This document shows, piece after piece, positions 60,226 through 64,000 of a DNA stretch of 64,000 bases; the first letter of the stretch is position 1, and the number at the start of each line of letters is the position of its first letter. This DNA comes from Geosiphon pyriformis uo1. Lineage: Eukaryota > Fungi > Glomeromycota. Location of the stretch: NCBI GenBank assembly GCA_016748015.1, contig JAAOMT010000762.1:62001-126000 (forward strand). The letters run 5' to 3'. The notes beneath the pieces are model-generated. The model did not search any database. It was not told where the DNA came from and saw nothing but the letters and a program-made list of their open reading frames with translations. The position numbers and the translations under genes were made by a program.

Positions 60226-63200
60226 TGTTACAAATAATTATTTAGAATATTAGAACAAATAACAAACTCATAACTTAGTGCTCAATAATTAATATAATTG
60301 GTAATTTTTGAAGGTTTTGGAGTTTAAAAGTTTTGGTTGAGTTTTTTGTATAATAAACAGAGATTTAATTAATGGTTTTTTCTGTGAATTTTTTTCTTTA
60401 GCATGATGGCTGGTTTATTTTAACAGTTATGCTTTTCTAGTAAGCTATTCTTAAATTTCTATTCTTATTTCTGGGTTTTTTACCAGACTATTTTTAACAT
60501 CAAATACTCAGTACTTAATTTTTTTAATCAATTAGTAAACAACAAAAAAATAAAATAAAAAAAATAAAAAAAATAAAAAAAATAAGAAAAAATAAGAAAA
60601 AAAAATAAGAAATTAGTATTCTGTTAATAGCTATAATCAAAAGCTATTGGTCTAATGTGATTAAGTATTGGATTCTATCAACATAAAATGTTAATAGAGT
60701 GGAAATAATTAATTTTTTTTAATCAAATAATAATAACATGAATTCAGATAATAATTAATATTTTATTAATATGTGATTTAATTTCACTTCAAGTTATAGA
60801 AAACTATTTTTTAAAGAGAAAAGTATTGGGTAATTAATGAGTTTTAATTGATTGTTAATATTGATTCTGTTTTTTCTGTTTCTAATATTTTTACTATATA
60901 TACATATTTTTTGTTATATGAGATCTCACATTTTTTTGAGTAATATGTCCTATTTTTTCTGACAATATGCTTATAACTGAGTGATATGTCATAATTTTTT
61001 AATAATGTACTTATTGCTGAGCAGTATGCCATAATTTACTGATAATATGCACATTGTTAAGCAATATGTCATAATTTTTTAATATTGTGCTTATTTACTA
61101 AATATTATTTTCCTATTAATCTATTTTTCTATTTTTTTTTCTTGTACTTTTTTTATAAATAATAATATTTTTTTTTAATATTAAGCTTTATTAAAATCTT
61201 TATTTTAAATTAAGTTCATTATTTTTCTTTCTAATACTGTTTGTTCAATTCTGTTTTTTATTTCTTTATATTGAAAGTTTTTTATTTTTTTCTACTAGTT
61301 AATAGTTATTGTTTCTATTTCTTGGTATAGTAGCATTTCTGAATAATTTTGAAATATAATATGTAATTAGTAAATTGTTTTAATGTATAGTCTAGAATTT
61401 GTCTTCTTTTTAATAAAATTTTCAATCTGTTGTACTATTTCTTAATTGAATATTCTTTTGAATTTATCAATATATAATTCTTATATATTCAGTTTTTGTT
61501 TTAATTGATAATAATAATATAATACTAGAAGTTGTTTCATCTATAGCTTCTAGTTTTTTTTAGTTAGCTTTTTTGTTGGAATTATTAATGGTATTTTTTT
61601 AAAAATGTTTTTTACTTTTTTTATAACTTTATTTGATCAGTGCTTTGTTTGATTCTATGGTTACTAATATGAAGTGATTCTTGTTTTTTTTTCCCTTTTG
61701 GTGTTTCAATAACAAATTGTTTGGTAATTAATGACAATTTTTATGTCTAATTGTTGTTAATTTATGGCTTGAAATAATTGTTGAGTCATTGTATGAATGT
61801 AATCTGGAATTTTTATCTTTTTATTATTACTTTTGTCACATATACTGTGTCTTTATATACTATTTTTGTAGATTAATTTGATCTATTTGTGTTAATAATT
61901 ATAATTGGTTCTAAATTTTGTGGAATTTTATCTGATTAGACTAGTATTTATTGTACTCCTAGTTGTAAAATATAACTGATAGATAATGATGCTATATTGT
62001 AATATGGTTTCAATCAATCTTCATGTACTGCTTTAATTAAGATTTTGTTGTTCTATCTTAGTTTATAAGCTTTATTTTTTAGAATTTTTTTAATATAAAA
62101 TGATCTATTTCATTTGGAGTCAAATTTTTTATTCCATTGTTTTTTTTAGTACAATATAAGAATACTTTGTCTCCAATTCTGAATTCGATTGGTTTATTTA
62201 GTAATTAGTTATTATGTTGTTTTTTCTGTTTTGCTTGTAACTTTTGTATATTATCAGCTGTTTTTTGTTTTTCATTTTCTAATGTTTCTATTAAGTTATA
62301 TGTTCTTTTCAGCAATGTTTTTTGGAAATTGGCTTTTGTTATTGGTTCTGTTAAATATGTGTTGATATTTATTTCAATTAGTAATGTTGTTGTTTTACTA
62401 TAAACAAGTTTAAATAATGTTGTTTGTATAGTATCTTGTTTTATTGTTCAATAAGCAAATAATACTAATAATATAAACAAATTCTATTTGTTCTGGTTTT
62501 CTTGGCTGATTTTGGCCATTGCTTTATATAATATTTTATTAAACTTTTTAACTAAGCTATTTGTTTGTAAATGATATAATAATGATAATAATCTTTTGAT
62601 TCCAAATCTTTGACTTAATTTTGTTAATGTTCTGTTCACAAAATGAGTTTTCTGGTCTGATAATAATTTTTTTGAACATTCATATTGACAAATTAAATCT
62701 TAATAAACAAATTTGGCTATGAATTCTGTATTTGCTCTTTGAATTGTTTTTGCTTCTGGCTATTTTGTAAAATAATACATAACTACTACTATATAATAAT
62801 TGTCTCTGCTAATTATTGTTAATAGTTCAACTAAGTCAATTCCAATTTGATCAAATAGTTGTTTTACTTTAATTGGTCTTAGCAGTTTATTAGGTTTTGT
62901 TCCTTTTTTTCTCTAACAAGTATTATAATTTTAAACATATTAGATAATATTTGAATACATAAATGGCTAATAATATCTTTTTTTGGTTTTTTCTATGGTT
63001 GCTTTTTTATGAAAATGTCTTATTGTTGAATCTGAATACATGTTAAACAATAATGTTTCTTTTTCTAGTTTTGTAATTACTCTGAATGACTGATTTGAAT
63101 ATTTTTTGGTTTTTTAATATAGTGTATTTTGGTAAGTGATAAAATATTTTGCTTGTTGTTTTATGTTTTTTTGTTTCTTTTGAGATAAATTTTTCTTGAA

Positions 63201-64000
63201 CTATTGAGTATTAATATAATGTTAGAATTGTTAATATTTTTGTGTGTTTATTTTTTGTTTTAAATTTGTTATATTTGCAACAAACCATTAATATTTCTTT
63301 TTTTTTCTTTTTTTATAATATACAGTATAATTAAATAGTGATAACTCTATTTTTTATCTTGTATGACAATTATCTTCAAATTTTTGTTTTTGAATTAATG
63401 TCAATTCTTTGTAATCAATATATACATCAAACTTTTGGCTTAAGTATTCTTTCTATTTAATGACAGCTTAATAAATAGCTAAGTATTCTAATACTAAAGT
63501 TTCATAATTTTTCTTGGCTAAACTTAAATTGTGACTAGTATATGCCATTAGATGTTTTTATTCATTTGTTTTTTTTTGTGACAATACAGCTTTCAATGCT
63601 TAACCAAATACATTAATGGTAATAATAAATGACTTATTGTAATCTAGATAAATTAATACTAAAGCTTAAATAAGCTTTTTTCTTAAGATTTTAAAAGCTT
63701 TTTGTTGGGTTTCCATCTATTTATATTTGATATTCTTTACTTGGAGCTGGTAAAGTGGTTGAGCCAGTTTAGAAAAGTTTTGGATAAAGTGGTAATAGTA
63801 TTCAGCAAATTCCAAAAATGCTTTTAGTTTTATCAAGTTAATTAATACTGAAAAGTTTTTAACTATTTCAATTTTGTCTGAATTTGTTTTGATGCCATTT
63901 TTGTTTACAACATGTTCCAAAAACTTGAGTTCTGTTTTGCCAAAGAAGCATTTAGTTGTGTTCAATTTTAATCTATTTTTTTATAACTTTTTAAACACTT
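60226..64000 (-). mobile_element. E: ancient family C-like Gypsy element (3' LTR about 60226-61165, ORF3 relic, integrase about 61900-63255, RNase H/RT to the window end)
   Basis: LTR start homologous to the C LTR; 61880-63240 colinear with C1 22870-24182 and 34034-34095; ORF 63717-63965 is RT C-terminal sequence (KCFFGKTELKFLEH). Confidence 0.85.

Noticed and set aside
60844-61032. 62-aa ORF
   Set aside because: Lies in the tandem array of the decayed E LTR; no coding support.

Overview
This is AT-rich, CpG-depleted eukaryotic DNA with no host gene. It is a nest of decayed retroelements; the protein families resemble those I associate with Glomeromycota fungi (Geosiphon-like), which is an inference. 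Three related Ty3/Gypsy families (my labels A, B, C) have TGTTA...TAACA LTR ends, a TGGTGCTC-type PBS and 4-bp TSDs. Copies: A0 (+, 513-13655), A1 (-, 4585-12335), A2 (-, 14988-59135), A3 (-, 34096-41736), B1 (+, 24183-34033), B2 (+, 44975-54875), C1 (-, 21332-58962) and an old C-like copy E (60226-64000). There are also two 2.4-kb poly(A)-tailed non-LTR elements that encode only ORF1 (763-3183, 16509-18894) and a further LINE ORF1 fragment. The main novelty is a shared tricistronic layout: gag-PR-RT-RNaseH ends at a conserved stop, integrase is a separate ORF with its own ATG after a 52-61 nt A/C-rich spacer, and a homologous non-Env ORF3 of about 210-240 aa follows and reaches the PPT/3' LTR. 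Families B and C also carry Cys-rich domains and a dUTPase between PR and RT. Family A uses a UUUAAAC -1 frameshift. Almost all reading frames are pseudogenised by C:G>T:A transitions.
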